64,000 bases of DNA from Amphiscolops sp. MND2022 (GCA_964187785.1 OZ076409.1:93064001-93128000), one strand, 5' to 3'. Positions 45,555-60,300 are shown, numbered from the stretch's first letter. Notes: generated by a model from the sequence alone, not told the origin. Numbers and translations are program-made.

Positions 45555-46087
45555 TTTTTAGTCGGCGCTTTTCGTAGAAAACGTAGACTATAGCAGTGAC
45601 TTTTTTTCTTTTTTAAGACCAACGAATTGACAGATTTTATAAGCTTTATAAGCTGACTTGCACTAACACTAAACTATGCCACACTACTTCTACTGGCACT
45701 TGGCATAGATGTCACGGCTTTTTTGAGGTCTGCCAAGCAGAAGGACGTGGGTTCGAGTCCCGCCCTTGACCAAAATTTTTTGTGCAGGTTTTTCGGCTTT
45801 GTGATACTTTTTATTCGCAAATTTTTTTAATGTCTCCAAAGGGTCCCCCTTCATTTTTTTTCTATTTTGCAAAAGAATAGATGTTCAAAAAGTTCCAAAG
45901 GGGCCTTTTACATTTTTCGGCACTATGCGACTTACCGGAGACCAAAAAAATTCGGAAAAAATAATAAAAAATCGGAAATTTTTTTCCTCACGCGGGTACT
46001 GTTGAAGAGAATACTTGACACTTTGAAGTCCTTTTGCTATTTTTGAGCCTTAGATATGGCACCGACTTGGGCCGTTCCCGGCTTGTT
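45555..46087 (-). mobile_element. HINE-like element
   Basis: Inverse of the 33946-34312 family; ends ccgttcccggcttgttt. Confidence 0.6.
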
Positions 46088-49000
46088 TAATTTTACAGGG
46101 AGATTCAAAAGTTTCTATTTCAATTGGTTACAAATACTTAGAGGATTGTATGTTGTATCTGCAGCTGTTTTGACACTTCCAGAGAAAAATGGCACTTTTT
46201 TGGTTTTTTAAAATCAAATTGTTGTCCAAAGTAGCAAAAATTCACGCCTGAGATAAGCCAAAATTGTATAGAAAGGCCCCTATTTTAGCTTTTAGCGCAA
46301 ATTTTCTCCGCAACAAAATGAAATCAGTACCTTATGTAAATGTTAATCAATGTAAAAGATATGATTATGTCGGCGTAAAATATTTTGCTGGACCGAAAAT
46401 TCACAGCAAACCATATCAGTCGACATAATGGTATTTGAACCGTGTTTCTCATTTCTCCCCGTGACCGCTTGGAAGGGGGGGGAGAATAAGAAACATGATC
46501 CAAAACGAATTTTGTAGGTCAGTCGCCCATGCTGTGTAATTGACAGGTTATAAAGAAAATATTCCGGCTGAAGTTACCTTCTTCCCAAAACATAAACTTT
46601 CAACTTCTCTTTTTGCGCTGAAATAATAAATCAAGAAGATCTTATTTTGGAACAATTGACTTGTTTATTGTGTCATTCGGGTAATAAGTATCAAGGGGGT
46701 CTTCAAAGTTTGTGAAGCGTTCAATCAATTGCTTAGAGTTACGTAACCTTTGTTGACAAATATCACCTAAATTTCAACCTGAATGCAGCTCACCAATCGA
46801 TTGACCAACTAAATGCGTCTAAGTGACTTTCATTCTGCCAAATTTTTTAAAAAATGAGAACGAACAGATAGTAAGAAAAGCTGTAGTAGAAAAGTGTTAG
46901 AATTGTTTACCATTTATTCGAGAAATATTACATAACAAGCTTCAAGATAGAACTCAAACGTGCTCTAGTACAATGCTCTAACTGAGCTAGCATGCGTTTT
47001 TTTTTTGAGAAAATCAGCACAAAAGTCATTTCACCAAGAGTAAAATACCCGATTGTAAGTAAAATGAGCATCCCAATTTGACCATCAGATCTCATTCTCC
47101 ATTTCTCCTAATTATCCATGGTGATTGTCATTACATTCAAATCATGTATAATCATCCATGATCATGGCGATGATGTGAACCCATGATTCATCCTTGAAAA
47201 TCCACGAAGCGAAGCAGTGATTTGGTTCAAATTTTCGTTCTACTCACGAAATTTGAATAATGAAACCTGAAACTTTTTAGAATTTAGAAATTTAGAAATG
47301 TAGCTAAATTTAGAATGCATTTTTTGACAACTTATAAATGAAAGTTTATAAAAATTTCTTTGGAGCTCTGTAAAACCGTAAACAATGCGCTTCCCTAGTT
47401 GAAACTTCTTGAACTTTTTGAATGTACTTTAATGTTTCTAGCAACTTTTATTTTGATTTTCTAAAACTCTTACGGAATCTTTCATGCGAAAATATTTATC
47501 TGTTGTATTCGACTTTTATCAAGCTGCTTGAAAGATTCATCAAAGGTTTGGCGGCAATTTTAAGCCTTGAAGTTTTGTAGGTTCCATTAAGGAGCAGCTA
47601 TCATTTTAAAAGTAAATAAATTGTTATCAATTTTACTGCTAAATTAAAGCAAAATAACTTCAGTCGCCTAGTAAACTGCAAATTAGCGTCATCTTTAACG
47701 TGCTCTTTGAGAAGCGGTGATCACATCAGATGAGTAGTTGAGGAAACGAAGTGTGAATACAAAGTGATTGTGTCGATAATGTGGTGGAATTCATTTTCAA
47801 ATTTAATTGCAGTAGTGGAAAATGCAGTGTAATTCTACAAGATTTACCACCTGTAGTACCACTGAATTTTCTAGGTTTTATAAAAAATTACCAGCATGTA
47901 AAATGTTCCTGCCGTCTCAATTAGGGTTTGCTACCTAAAACATGCAGAAATTTGAAGCAAGTTTTATAAAGGATCACTCAAGTGTTGATAAGTTTTGAAT
48001 ATCATGATGGAAGTTGAAAAAGATTCACATACAGTCACAAATATAATCAAGAAGTGTAGTAGAGAAGGCATCCTAAGTGGAGTTCGGACATTCGAGATGA
48101 TCCACCATGGAAAAAAACAACGACTAGTGCAATGAAAAACGAAGAAAGCAGTTTTAAAAATACCCACACGTGTTGGCACTCCACCGCAAACATCCAGTCA
48201 CCACCGGTGGAGGCAATTTTGGACTATCAGTCACTTTACCGCAGATGCTCCATCGGGAAAAGAAACACTGGAAAACTTGGAAAATTGTTGTTAAAAAAGT
48301 AGTGTATTTGACTACCAATGTTTTATTAGTTATTTCTGGAAGGTATCCTAAATCACAGGGATTTTTCGGCACCCCGTGTCTCAAAACTCCGCGATGTAGA
48401 CACCTCTAAAGAGCAAGTATAATTCATTCAAAACAAACTAAATATAACGGCTGATAACGCAGAGGTAAATGCTGGACTGTGAGCAAAACGATAACAAGTT
48501 TGTATCACGATTTTTGCCATAGTTTGCAATATAAAAGCTGCATACTCAACCTCAGTGATCCATCGGTGGGACTTGGATGGATCATGGGCAACCACCGGTA
48601 GACTGCGCTTGGTTGCCAAAACCTACAGTTTGAATGAAATATACTATTTCAGTCCGGTGCAAAACATCTTAAAACTCTTGTCAAGTTCCTACATGCTCTT
48701 ACATATTCCCGTTTACTCTGGAATGTTATGATGTCTCGTTTATTCTTGCTCCACACAAATCTTTTGCGATTCTTACAAAGAGTGTCAGCAATATCATCAG
48801 GTTCAAGAAAGTGATTGCCTAACAGAAAAAAAAACAACACTTTCCACTTTACAACTGTTCGCCCCACCAAATACACAATCATTCTTTAAAGTAATGTTTA
48901 GAGGACAGACAACACAAAGTTTCGATTCTCAGGACGTTTAGCTTAGTTGGTAGCGTCAACAACTGCGGCAGTCAATTGGTACGCTGATCAGGCCGCGGTT

Positions 49001-49640
49001 GGCGACGGTTTTTGTTTAATTTCATTCACTTTTGTTAGCGGTTTTTAAACACTTGCAAGATCATACTTGTTTTTGACGCTCTTGATAAATATCTTCTAAG
49101 AGTTCCAACGAATGGTTTCACGAAAATGTTAGACTCTGATCAATAGTACCACGAATATTCACACAGGGAAAGCACCCATTTTACATATTAGATATGCTAT
49201 GAAATTCAATGTTTTTGATTGAAAAGCATGAATTTTTATCCGAAAAGGTATTGAATTCACCATATCTATGATTCCTTTTTCTTGGCTCCTGACAATGGAA
49301 CAAAGGTAAGTCTCCTCGGTTGGAGTATTTGCCAGATTATCGCACATTGGTGTATCAAAAAAACCGTCCTTGCTTTTTTGTGTAATCAGCTTAAAAATTT
49401 AAGAACTTGCTTTTTTTAGATATCTCACTTTTTAAAAATCCATCGATGCTTCTGTTCCATTGCCACGAGCCGATAAGCGGAAACATGGATATCGTGCATG
49501 ATTTCATATCTGATTAAATATATCTTTAGAGAAGTAATCATTTGTGATTTTCGATTGTCACGGACACAATGAATTTGAAATTCAGGACATTCGTAAATAA
49601 TCTTTGAACATGTCATAACTTGTTTTCAAAATTAGGTCTG

Positions 49641-50291
49641 TTTTTAGTCGGCGCTTTTATTAATAAAAGAACCCGACTAATACAGTCACTCGTTTTTTTT
49701 TCTCTAGAAAGACTCGAAGCGACGAACGTTAACGTTCAACTAAAGAAACAGAACGAATACCGGGGAAAAACATCTACGTTATTCCAGAGAGTCCCCTTTT
49801 GGTTTTTTACTTTTTAAACGTAACCTACAAAACCAAACGGGACAAAGGGTCCCCCTTCCGATTTTTTCGGCACTGTGCGACTTTTTTTTCAATTTTTTTT
49901 GTCTCCAAAGAGTCCCCCCTTTGGTTTTTTACTTTTTAAACGTGGCCTACAAAACCGGATGAGTGTAAAGGGTCCCCCCTTTGTTACTTTTTCAAGAAAA
50001 CCTACTAAAATGGACGTGGCTAAAGGGTCCCCCTTTGGATTTTTTGGGCACGGTGCGAATTTTTTTCGAAATTTTTTGAATGTCTCCAAAGGGTCCCCCC
50101 TTCGCGTTTTCTGATATTTTGCAACTGAATGTATGTTGATAAATGTCAAAGGGTCCCCCTTTTACATTTTTTGGTACTGTGCGACATTTTCTGAAAAAAA
50201 AATTTCGAAAATTTCAAGGATTTTTCAAAAAATTGTTTTGCGTTTTTTGAGCCTTAGATATAGCGCCGCCTTTAGACGTTCTCATCTTGTT
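49641..50291 (-). mobile_element. HINE-like element
   Basis: tagtcggcgc..cccgacta hairpin at one end, ttgagccttagatatagcgccg..cttgtt at the other. Confidence 0.6.
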
Positions 50292-50437
50292 AGATTAAAA
50301 TTTCTACTTTGATTTTTCTCATACAATGTTCTGAGTTTGAGTAGGTACAGAAGTGTCTTAGTAAAATATGAAAGATTTCAACGCATGCGGGAATGGAACT
50401 CATAACGACGTAGTCCGAATCTAGCGCTACATCGATT

Positions 50438-51247
50438 CCCATGTTGCGTTTTCCTTCAGAATCGGTATTGATTTGTGAGCTTTATTCACCCTGAGCATCT
50501 GCAAAGATGGTGGCACGGATTCAACAGGTGTAGATCTGCAAGGATCTGTACAGATGTTCGAAAAATTTCGGTACAGATTTTTAGGAATTGTTTTCGGGAG
50601 CTTCTAGAGAACAAATGTAGTGCATTTTTGGACTTCTTCAACTACTTTACCAAGTTATTTAGCGATTTGAAAAATCTCGTGTTGACTTCATTGGCCGAAA
50701 CCTTAAAGAGGCTTTGGGGAAACCCTTCTGAAAGCTGAAACTTTTAATATTGAAAATTGAATATAACACATCAAAAGATGAAAAAAAAAAACAAAATTAT
50801 GAAACCTGAAGCACAAAAACTTTTCATTTCGTCAAAGACCCTCATCGAAACTGGAGTACCTGACATCGCAGATAGATGACGTCTGGGTACACTTTGGCAG
50901 GGGATGCTTTTTACTCTTATGTACGTGGTTGTGATGTCCCTGCGCTTGTTCCACACATGTTCGCCTGACTAGGATTGGGCTTTCATAGGACGTTGATTTT
51001 ACTGGAAACGTATCCGAGTTGTTTCTGTGGAATCTGTTCGATTCTGTACAGATATTTACCGATTCGCAAAGAAACGTTTTTTAAAATTTCAATTAAACGG
51101 CTTTTTTGTATCTTGTACAGCACTTTTCATTCAACTAACTTCAATTTCAAAACAGTATTTTCGAACAAGTTAATCTTCGACAAATCCTGGATTATCTGTT
51201 AGATCTGTACAGATTTGTACATTATCGCAGGGAGTGCTGAACATGGG
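50438..51247. mobile_element. CCC..GGG MITE, 810 bp
   Basis: cccatgtt / aacatggg termini; TT flanks both ends; ends related to 32525-33331. Confidence 0.75.
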
Positions 51248-52632
51248 TTCGTCTATAGCGCTCTGAAAGTAATCAAATTCTGATTACTTCTTTTATCCCA
51301 TTGCTTGGCAACGTTATTCTTCTACAAAAAAAAACTGAAGAAACTGAATTAGATGGCATATATCCTATGTGGATGGAACACTAATCCTCAATGACTTCAA
51401 CCACTGATCATTAAAAACAGTTGTTCAGCCCCTATCGATTTAGTTAGCAATTAAATGCTTGTTTATCTAGTAAATATTGGCTTATCTGGCGGATATCGAT
51501 TCTCCATTTATTACCATAATTTGGACATACAGCAGAACCAGATTTCAGTTTTGTTGGAGTTGAAATTCACTCAGATTTTAATTCTCAGTTACAGTAAACT
51601 CAGATTCACAACCTATCGTTTACATCTCAAAGCCATAATAATATAATCATCGAACACGCATATTCAGGTGAAATTAAATATTTAATTTTACCTGAATTCG
51701 ACTAAGAGCAGATTCAATTGTTATTTATGATGTTTTTTTTTCCAAACTCAACTGCGAGTGTTGTTCCAATATTTTCCGGTGATTGACAAAAACGCTTCAA
51801 GAAGAACTGCGGAATCTACTTCACTGCAGAAATGAGCTTATTTGAGTAATTTGTTTCGGTGTATGCAATACAATAGAGTAATTTTTAAACGAAAATTTTA
51901 ATGTTGGGCTACGCTGTCTTAGAATTGAAATTTCTTAAAAGACTGGCAAAAGAGTTGAATGAAACATTCAAATTGGCATCTCAATGAGAATGGAGGCCCA
52001 TTCGGACTGTGATTTTATTATATTTAAGAGTACGAAAATAATGGCCACTCCTCTTGTAATTTGAAGCAGAACGAAGAACGTTTCCCTGCAGTACTTTCGT
52101 GAAAAAAATTAGTAATTATCCTAAAAGATATTCCTTTCATTATCTCAATAACTTTGGCTAGAGTCAGCCTTCGGAAAGACAAAACAATTTTACCCTCTGA
52201 GATCCTTAAAAATGTCATGTCCCGGAAAAGTCTTTTGGAAATGTAATATTTTGCAACCATTTGACCTAATTCGCGACAGCAAGAAGAAGCCAAACATCGA
52301 CACTTTTTTGGAGTTCTCACAGAGAGGATATATATCTTTCACACACGTGTCACACCAAGGCTGTTCATTATTGTAGAGACAATACTTTTGATCAAAACAA
52401 TCAATTAATGCCATATACATAACAGAATCAATAAGTAATTGAACCACACACACAAAACACATCAATTATTGTTTTATATTGACAATTATTGTTTTCATTC
52501 GAAGAAATAATTTCTTGAACTGTGAAACTTCCACAGTGTGTTTAAATCTTCAAATGTTTCGTCTTCATCGTCTAAATCAACTGTGTAAAATAACGTGAAA
52601 TGACTGTGTGCTCAATTTGAATACTGTTGGGA

Positions 52633-53376
52633 CCCTGGTCGAGAAAAAAATGTTTTCCGTGAAAGATCTTGCAAGGAAATGTTTTCCTTGAAAGATCTTG
52701 CAAGGAAATTTTTTCCTTGAAAGATCTTGCAAGGAAATTTTTTCCTTGAAAGATCTTGCAAGGAAATGCTTTCCTTGCAAGATTCTTGAGTTCAATGTAC
52801 TTCATACTGAGAAATTATGTTAACGTAGTCGTGATTTGAGAATAATGTCAAAAACGTTAATAACTATTATTTCAGAAGGGTAATTTAACAAATTGAAAAA
52901 TAATTCCAATCGAAATATTATGCACAGTCTAATTTCAAATCAATAACTGGTACATAACACAATTGGTTGGAAAAAATTTTCAGAATACTCTGAAACTGTA
53001 TTTTAAATGTTGCGTCACTGAAAAGTACTACTACTTTTCAAATAACGTCACTAAGATCACACTATTAGAGATATTTTCTAGAGTTTGCATCTTTTTGGTG
53101 GTTGAATCCTCTAGTAAATAAACCCCGTTCTGTGACAGAATCTAATAGTCACGATGCAGTAGTCAACTTGAAGTCAAAAACAATGAATATTAAAAATAAA
53201 AAAAATTGTCGAGAACTTTCCACGAAATTTTTCTCCTTGGAAGAATCTTGCAAGGAAATTTTTTTCCTTGCAAGGTTCTTGCAAGATGTCTTGCAGAAAA
53301 ATGCATTATCTTGCAAGACCTTGAAAGAAAATCTTGCAAGATCCTTGCAAGGAACGCAATTTTTTTTCAACCAGGG
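52633..53376. mobile_element. CCC..GGG MITE, 744 bp
   Basis: ccctggtcgag / tcaaccaggg; GA flanks both ends; near-identical to 36694-37504 with a shorter left subterminal array. Confidence 0.9.
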
Positions 53377-55193
53377 GAGGTATTCAAATTTTTTACTAAA
53401 ATATGATTGGTTCAAATTTCATTATAGGTCAATAACGGAAACATTATCTGAAACGCCAGCATTCATTTATTGCATTAGTATCTTTAACCAAAATCAATCA
53501 ATGCAGTTATTGTAATGTCAATTAATGTAATGACAATTATTATTTGAACAGCCACAAACTTCATTTATTGTGAAAAAATATCGAAAAAGAAACTCATGAT
53601 AATGCAAAATCTATTTCTTTGCTTTCGCAACTTTCGGACATTTTGTAGTCCTTCTTTTTATACGAGAAGTGCAAATATGTAATTTCTAGAGAGGTTCCTT
53701 AATGCAACTTTCAAGCTGAAAAATGTTTTTTCTTATTTGTATAGCGTACCAAATATGATTCTAAGTCAAACACGTTTATCCGTAATGGATCAGAAACCTA
53801 TACAAACAGTTCAACCGAAAACACGTAATCCAGCATTCAAAATGTTTTAAAATAAAAGTTACTTATATTCATCCGAAAAGATGCCGTCCCAACAACTCAC
53901 TAGACTAAACTCGGAAAGAATTTTAATATCTCCACTCATTGAAAAAATTGCAGTGCGTATCTTGTGATGCGTAATCTGTACAACAGCTTCGTATTAAATT
54001 TCAGGCGATTTGATAGAAGCAAAAACTCGGCAGTAGAACGGTTCCGAACTAAATGTGCGAGTAGTGACATCGCCAATAAGTGAATAAGACCTCAAATATG
54101 TCTTTCATTACGCAATACGGATGCAAGGCTTTGTGCAAACGGACCTTATTAGCGTACTTTCAAATCTTTATTTGTCAGTGGCAACTATGCAAGAAAAAAT
54201 GCAAGCTTCCTGAAACAAACTTTGGTAACGATAGATGTAACCTTGGGTGAACAATACTGTAACCGAATGGTAATATACAAGAACATTTAGAAATTGACTT
54301 CCATTTACTGTGATCACTTACAGAGGTTGCATCACAATGTCACATTTTGAAACGCGAATCATGCGATTGGCAGTTCATTCATTTGACAGTTTTTTTCTCA
54401 TTTCTCATGTAGTCCGTTTTCAAATTAGCTCTCTACGCGAATCCCAAATCATGAGGCTTCCATGCAATTAGATCGATAGAACAATATGATCAACATAATC
54501 CAATGGCATACCTTGAATGGCATCATGGAATCATGACATCCATGCTCTCCATGTATAGGACCATGTGGTCCTATGCACGACAACGAATGGGATCATATGG
54601 CGCTTCTTTTGGAATCATATAATCACGATGTCAGAAGCTACACCTTGTAACATCATTATATTACCAACTGCATTACCACAAATCGAAGTAATCTGAAAAA
54701 TTCGAATTCACCAAACATGACGCTGCCCGCAATACTAACGTCGATAGTGAGCATGTTTGTTCCAAGTACCAGTACTTCAAATTGAAGACAGTTAAGCCAT
54801 AAAAGCGCGTGAAAGAGACGGAGAAGCCAAGAATGATTGCAAGAACACAGCGTACAAAAATACTCAATTAGCGAGTGCTAGTAACGTGAAAACTGATCAT
54901 GGAGAATGCGTCCGCATACCCCATGTTGCTACTTGTTATAATGAACTCATACAAGGTTCTTTTGCTTGATTCTGCATACGGCGCATGTGGTCCTTTCGCG
55001 ATTTTGTTCGCCTGTATTTGAATCTACTGAACTCTCTCGAGAAATCCGTGTACGGTTTTCCTGTGTAAAACACAATTTGGGGCGGTTTTCTCACGTTTGA
55101 TGGACATTTTCAACTTCGGGGTTCGTTGTAGCCCACAGGCCCTTCGGTCCATCAAGGTGAAATTAGTCGCTCTTGGGCTCTCTTGTAGCCCGG

Positions 55194-55634
55194 TCACCCC
55201 CGGTCTACCATGGTGTAATTAGCTCTCCCCTGCATATCTAGTGTATTTTGGATAGTTGAAAGTACTTTCTCAGCTATTGCTGTGGTAATTGCGTCTTGTA
55301 TCTGAGAACTAAAGCTAGATTTGATCTTATTGAGTTTCCTGGAAATTTGATTAGCAATTTCATCCACTATCATCCTAGTAGTCTCTTTGGTCATTTCACT
55401 ATTCTCTCTACTATTAGTATTTAGTAGTGATCTGAAATCCTCTCCTGTAAGATTAGAGTTCTGTTGTGGTCTATTATACCCTGAGTCCAAATTTAGTTCG
55501 TTTTCACTCTGATCATTCCTCTCATCATCCCTCGAATAACTGTCTAACATTATATCAATGTTTTGCACATCGGACAACATGTCCAACTGTCTAGAACGTC
55601 TTTCTTTAGCTCGTTGCTTTCTAGTAGACGGCAT
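55194..55634 (-). CDS. 146-aa basic/coiled-coil ORF, probably repeat-encoded
   Basis: ATG at 55634 (MPSTRKQRAKERRSRQ...); helical C-terminal half; degraded paralogue at 37573-37935. Confidence 0.5.
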   Translation of the reverse strand: MPSTRKQRAKERRSRQLDMLSDVQNIDIMLDSYSRDDERNDQSENELNLDSGYNRPQQNSNLTGEDFRSLLNTNSRENSEMTKETTRMIVDEIANQISRKLNKIKSSFSSQIQDAITTAIAEKVLSTIQNTLDMQGRANYTMVDRG

Positions 55635-55936
55635 ATGGAAACTTGAAGTTTTCAACAGTCAGTTAACAGAATAACGTAGGGTAACACAGAGAGAAAGTAC
55701 TGAGCAAGTATATCACAAATCAGTATCGCAAAGTGTTTGTTTCAACATTCAATTCGATTGTGTCTTTTCGGACTGCAAGTCACTGATATTTATACTTAAT
55801 ATTGCATGACTCGCTAAAATTGGGGTGTCATGTTACTATAATTAGGTATGACTTGTCCCGGAATAGCTTTGATGACTGACGTCTTGGTTATGTCACCAAG
55901 CTGCTTTGAATATAAATAACATCAGAGGAACTTTGG

Positions 55937-56136
55937 NNNNNNNNNNNNNNNNNNNNNNNNNNNNNNNNNNNNNNNNNNNNNNNNNNNNNNNNNNNNNNNN
56001 NNNNNNNNNNNNNNNNNNNNNNNNNNNNNNNNNNNNNNNNNNNNNNNNNNNNNNNNNNNNNNNNNNNNNNNNNNNNNNNNNNNNNNNNNNNNNNNNNNNN
56101 NNNNNNNNNNNNNNNNNNNNNNNNNNNNNNNNNNNN
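55937..56136. other. Assembly gap (200 N)
   Basis: Run of N. Confidence 1.
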
Positions 56137-56751
56137 TTTCCAGAAAACCTTGGAATATAAGCACTTTCCAGCGGTAAACCTCGTACGATTACACTGCATT
56201 TTATACATACCATTGCAATTAAAAACGAAAATCCTTCTCACTTCGTTACAGACGCGAACGCCCTGCTTCTAGATGGAGGCTTCTAGTAGATATCCAGAGC
56301 TACGAGAAGATACCCTTGGATCAGCTGTATTTAAAGTGTACATTGAGATTTGTGACGTTGATTGTGGAAAAAGCCCAAAATTGCTGAAAAATATTATCAG
56401 TACACCTTTTTGCAAAATCGATGGCTTGCAATATAAACAAACCGGGAAGTTTTATAAACCGAGTATAAAGTCGGCGCTATACCGCTCAAATTATCATAAG
56501 GACGTTCTTTAATAAAAACTCACAAAAACGTTTCTAAATACAAATACTTTCAAAAAACCCAAACGACCGAACTGGCGCGCGGGTGCCCGCTAGCGCGAGC
56601 TACTGGCGAGCTGAAAAGGGGGACCATTTGGGATTCTTCAACATCCGTCCTGTTGCAAAATTTTTTTAAAATGAAGGGGGACCTTCAAGATACATTTTTT
56701 CGAAAAAAAAGTCGCAGAGTCCTGAAAAAATAACAAGGGTTAATAAATAAT

Positions 56752-57385
56752 AACAAGACGGGAACGTCTAAAGTCGGCGCTATATCTAAGGCTCAAAAAG
56801 CTCAGTTTTCTAAATATGCCCAGGATGTATTCATGAAAAGCTTTGAAAACACTTTCGAGACACCCAAAGTGTGCCTTTCATGCTCGATATGACTGGAAAA
56901 TCACTTTTCTCGACTGGAAACAAAAAAATTTTCGAAAATTTTTTTGAAAATTTTTTTTGAAAAAAATTTTTGAAAAAAACTTCGAAAACGTCGCATAGTG
57001 CCGAAAAATGAAAAGGGGGGACCCTTTGGGATTCATTAACATATTTTCTGTTGCAAAATATCAAAAAATCCGAAGGGGGGACTCTTTTGAAAAATTGAAA
57101 ATTTTCGAAAAAAAAATTCGCACAGTGCCGAAAAAAAATTGAAAGGGGGGACCCTTTGGAGTCTTCCGGTTTTGTAGGTTACGTAAAAAAGGTAAAAAAC
57201 GAAAGGGGGGACCCTTTGCAGTAAGTTTGCATTGGCGGAACTTGGCCTGAGTGAACTTATCAGTTTCTGTAAAAAGTGGTACATACGCGATGAGCTCTGT
57301 GGTCTGACGAAAAAAAAAGAAAAAAAAACTAGCCACTGTAATAGTCGGGCTTTTTTCCTTAAAGGAAAATGCGCCGACTAAAAAT
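56752..57385 (+). mobile_element. HINE-like element
   Basis: aacaagacgggaacg..agtcggcgc start; tagtcggg..cgccgacta hairpin end; further partial ends at about 57511-57548 and 57777. Confidence 0.6.
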
Positions 57386-60300
57386 AAAAATAAAAAAGTT
57401 AATAACACCAATGGGATCCTTAGTATCTTTTCGATGCTCTGGACGTCGGTTTTGTTTTTGACGAGTTCAAGTTGAACAAATGAAAAAAAAAGTGGACCTT
57501 ACGCGCTGTAACAGTCGGGCACTTCTCTCCAAAAGCGCCGACTAAAAAGACAGATAAAAATTCGTTGAAACTCGAAAACGAATTTGTTTCTGGGAAACCA
57601 AATGTTCATGCACTTTTGGGCTTAGAAAACTGTCTGGAAAAAGCTTCGTGGAATATTTTTGCGAGCTAGAGCAGATGGTTTTGTTTGTTGTTCCCAACAA
57701 CTGTGCTCAACTTGGCGGTAGCTACAAAACAGACTAGAGAGTTGATACCCCCAAAAAACATCATAAAAATGAAGTAACAAGACGGGAACGTCTCAAGTCG
57801 GCGCCCTGCTTGAGGCTCAAAAAGCTCAGTTGTTAAACTTTCCTCAAGGCGTTTTTGAGTAAAATCTCTCAAATATAGGAGTATCGAAAAATACCTCAAA
57901 GAAGCCTTTCGTGCACAGAAAACGCTTTTCAGTTACTGAAAACATCAAAGAAAAACCAAATTGATGTAATATTTTTTTTCGAAAAAACGCCGTACAGTGC
58001 TACAAAATCTCCAACGGGGACTTTCAAGCTTAAAAACGCTTTTTACTATCCAAAAAAGTCAAAACAAAACCAAAGGGGTTATCACGAGACAGTCCTTGGT
58101 TGAAAATGTTTTGATAAAAACTGTAACGGCAACTGCCCATGTCGAAATGTTCGATGCAAAAATTCGTTCAAGATCTGACGTGGCACCTAAACATGTTAAA
58201 GGTGAAAGACCTGCCAAAAATCGTACGACAAATGGCAGAGGTCGCCACCCGCGGAGAACGAGCGCAAGAGACGACTGAAAAGACGTCTATCCCTTCTGTA
58301 GAACACGGTGTTGTGCCCATCCCTGGGAGATTAACACTACTTTAGTAGCAGAAACCAGTGTTCCCGATGCTTGCCTAAAAATCCCTGCGGTGTCCTGTGT
58401 GGTGACTAGCGCTAGCGCTGGGAAGCCGAGGTCAGTTTCCATCAAATGACTCAAACTCTTGATTTTATTGTGTTTTTCCTTGAAGTAAATTGATATGCTC
58501 GAGAGCTGTCCCTTAACATCTGTATTTACCCAACTTGGCGATGTCGATTTTATCAGATTCTCCAATACTATGGCTCAACCTTCTCTAGTTTTCAGCCCCC
58601 TTTTTAAAGGCTAGTCGAGCAGTGGTCTTGAGTCATGCAAGATGCCTGTTGCTTTTAGCAATTACAGACTAGGACCAGGCCAGAGTGTTTCTTACAAGAC
58701 GGTTCCCCCACCTTGGGACTGGGTCCTTCGGAGGGAAAATGAGCTGGGGCCGCGGAGATCTAGGTCCCGGATCCTATTCGCTGCTCTGGTTCCTCCATTC
58801 TAAGTTGCGGTTCAAGCGCCAGCGCATATCGTTACAAACTATTATCTAAAAATTAAAGTGAGCGTCTATGAAAACATTTCCATAAAATCCGTTGAGCTCC
58901 GTTAATTCGCGACAATGACTTTTTTTAAAAAAAAGTGGAAATTTTGCTTTGTCTTCAAATGTCAACTCGCGCCTAAAATAATCATTTTTCGATAAAATAC
59001 CCAGCCTTTTCCACAGATTCAATCATATTTGACCTCTAAACGTAACATTTCCTCGTTTTGATTATCTTGGGATTCTTGAAGAAAATGATGCGGACTCCAC
59101 GGCGTTTAGTTTAATCAGCGTTTAGGTGCCATGTTCGAAGTCCGAGTAATAACTTTGAAAAATGAAATTAAGTGAATTTGAAACCCGTTTTCAAAAAAGG
59201 CTACTAAACATTTACTAAATCAGCCTCTCGCTAAATTTGCATTGCTTCTGAAATGAGGTTAAAAGAACAATCTAAGAACTAATCTGTTACTAATCTCAAC
59301 AAAAATCAATTTTGAGATTTCATCGATATTAATACCATTGAATTCCGATGAGAACGTTTTGTCAAAAATGAATTATCCATATTGATGGTTCAATTCTAAT
59401 CGTCCCGTAATTGGGAGCAGTTATTCAGCAAATCACTACCACAGACCCCGTTGATGCAAACTCGAAATGTCAAATCGGTTTTTATAAGATCACCTACTTC
59501 TTTTGTTAATCAGAATTTTATCACCTGTAAAATAAATCGATTCTGTCTCAAAGTACCGAAACTTTCTCATTAGATAAGACTCCTTGCTTAATACTTAGGA
59601 AAGATTTCAGCACTTTGAGATTGAGTATCTAGAAATTATTTAGCGCTTGTTAAGCGCGAATAATTTATCGATAAACCAAAATCTGACACGTCTCTTGTGA
59701 CAATCTTCTGGATTGAAAATTTTTTTAAAGTTTTTCATTTTGAATGTCACATTTCACAATTCCTGTATTTCATTTAAGAATGATTTCTAAAATAAAATGC
59801 TTCTGAATATTCATGTTACTTGCAAGAAAAATTGATATCTTCAATGATAAATTGCATTTTCAACACAAGCTCCCAGTTTCTTCGTCAATGCACTAATAAG
59901 CAGTGCCAATAAAAAGACTGTGAGCAATTTTGAAATTGCGTTTATTGTTTATTGGCAGCATTCCAAGTTCGTATACAAATAAGCTTGTTTATTATACAAT
60001 TTTTATTAAGTAAAACGTTTTAAATATGTTGTATACAGTTTTTGTTTATTTTTCAAAAATTTTTGCTCGAATGGGTCAATTAAATGATGAAAACAAACAT
60101 TCTGCTGAACGGAGTATTGTTTAATACGAAAATTTACTATGAAGTCGAATTATTGTTTATTACGAAAAATTACATCTTAGCAATTTAATGTTTTTCTTTC
60201 AAATTGTTCCATTCATTCATGTCACATGGTCGACTTCATCTATTCATATATAAATCAATTAGACACTCGGAATATTTCCGCCTGGAATTTCCCTGCAACA

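Noticed and set aside
38999..48625. Possible small minus-strand host exons (about 38999-39066, 43287-43440, 48428-48623) with AG/GT-like edges
   Set aside because: No recognisable protein and no consistent frame chain could be built without transcript data
55888..56241. ORFs spanning X runs
   Set aside because: Artefacts of the N gap
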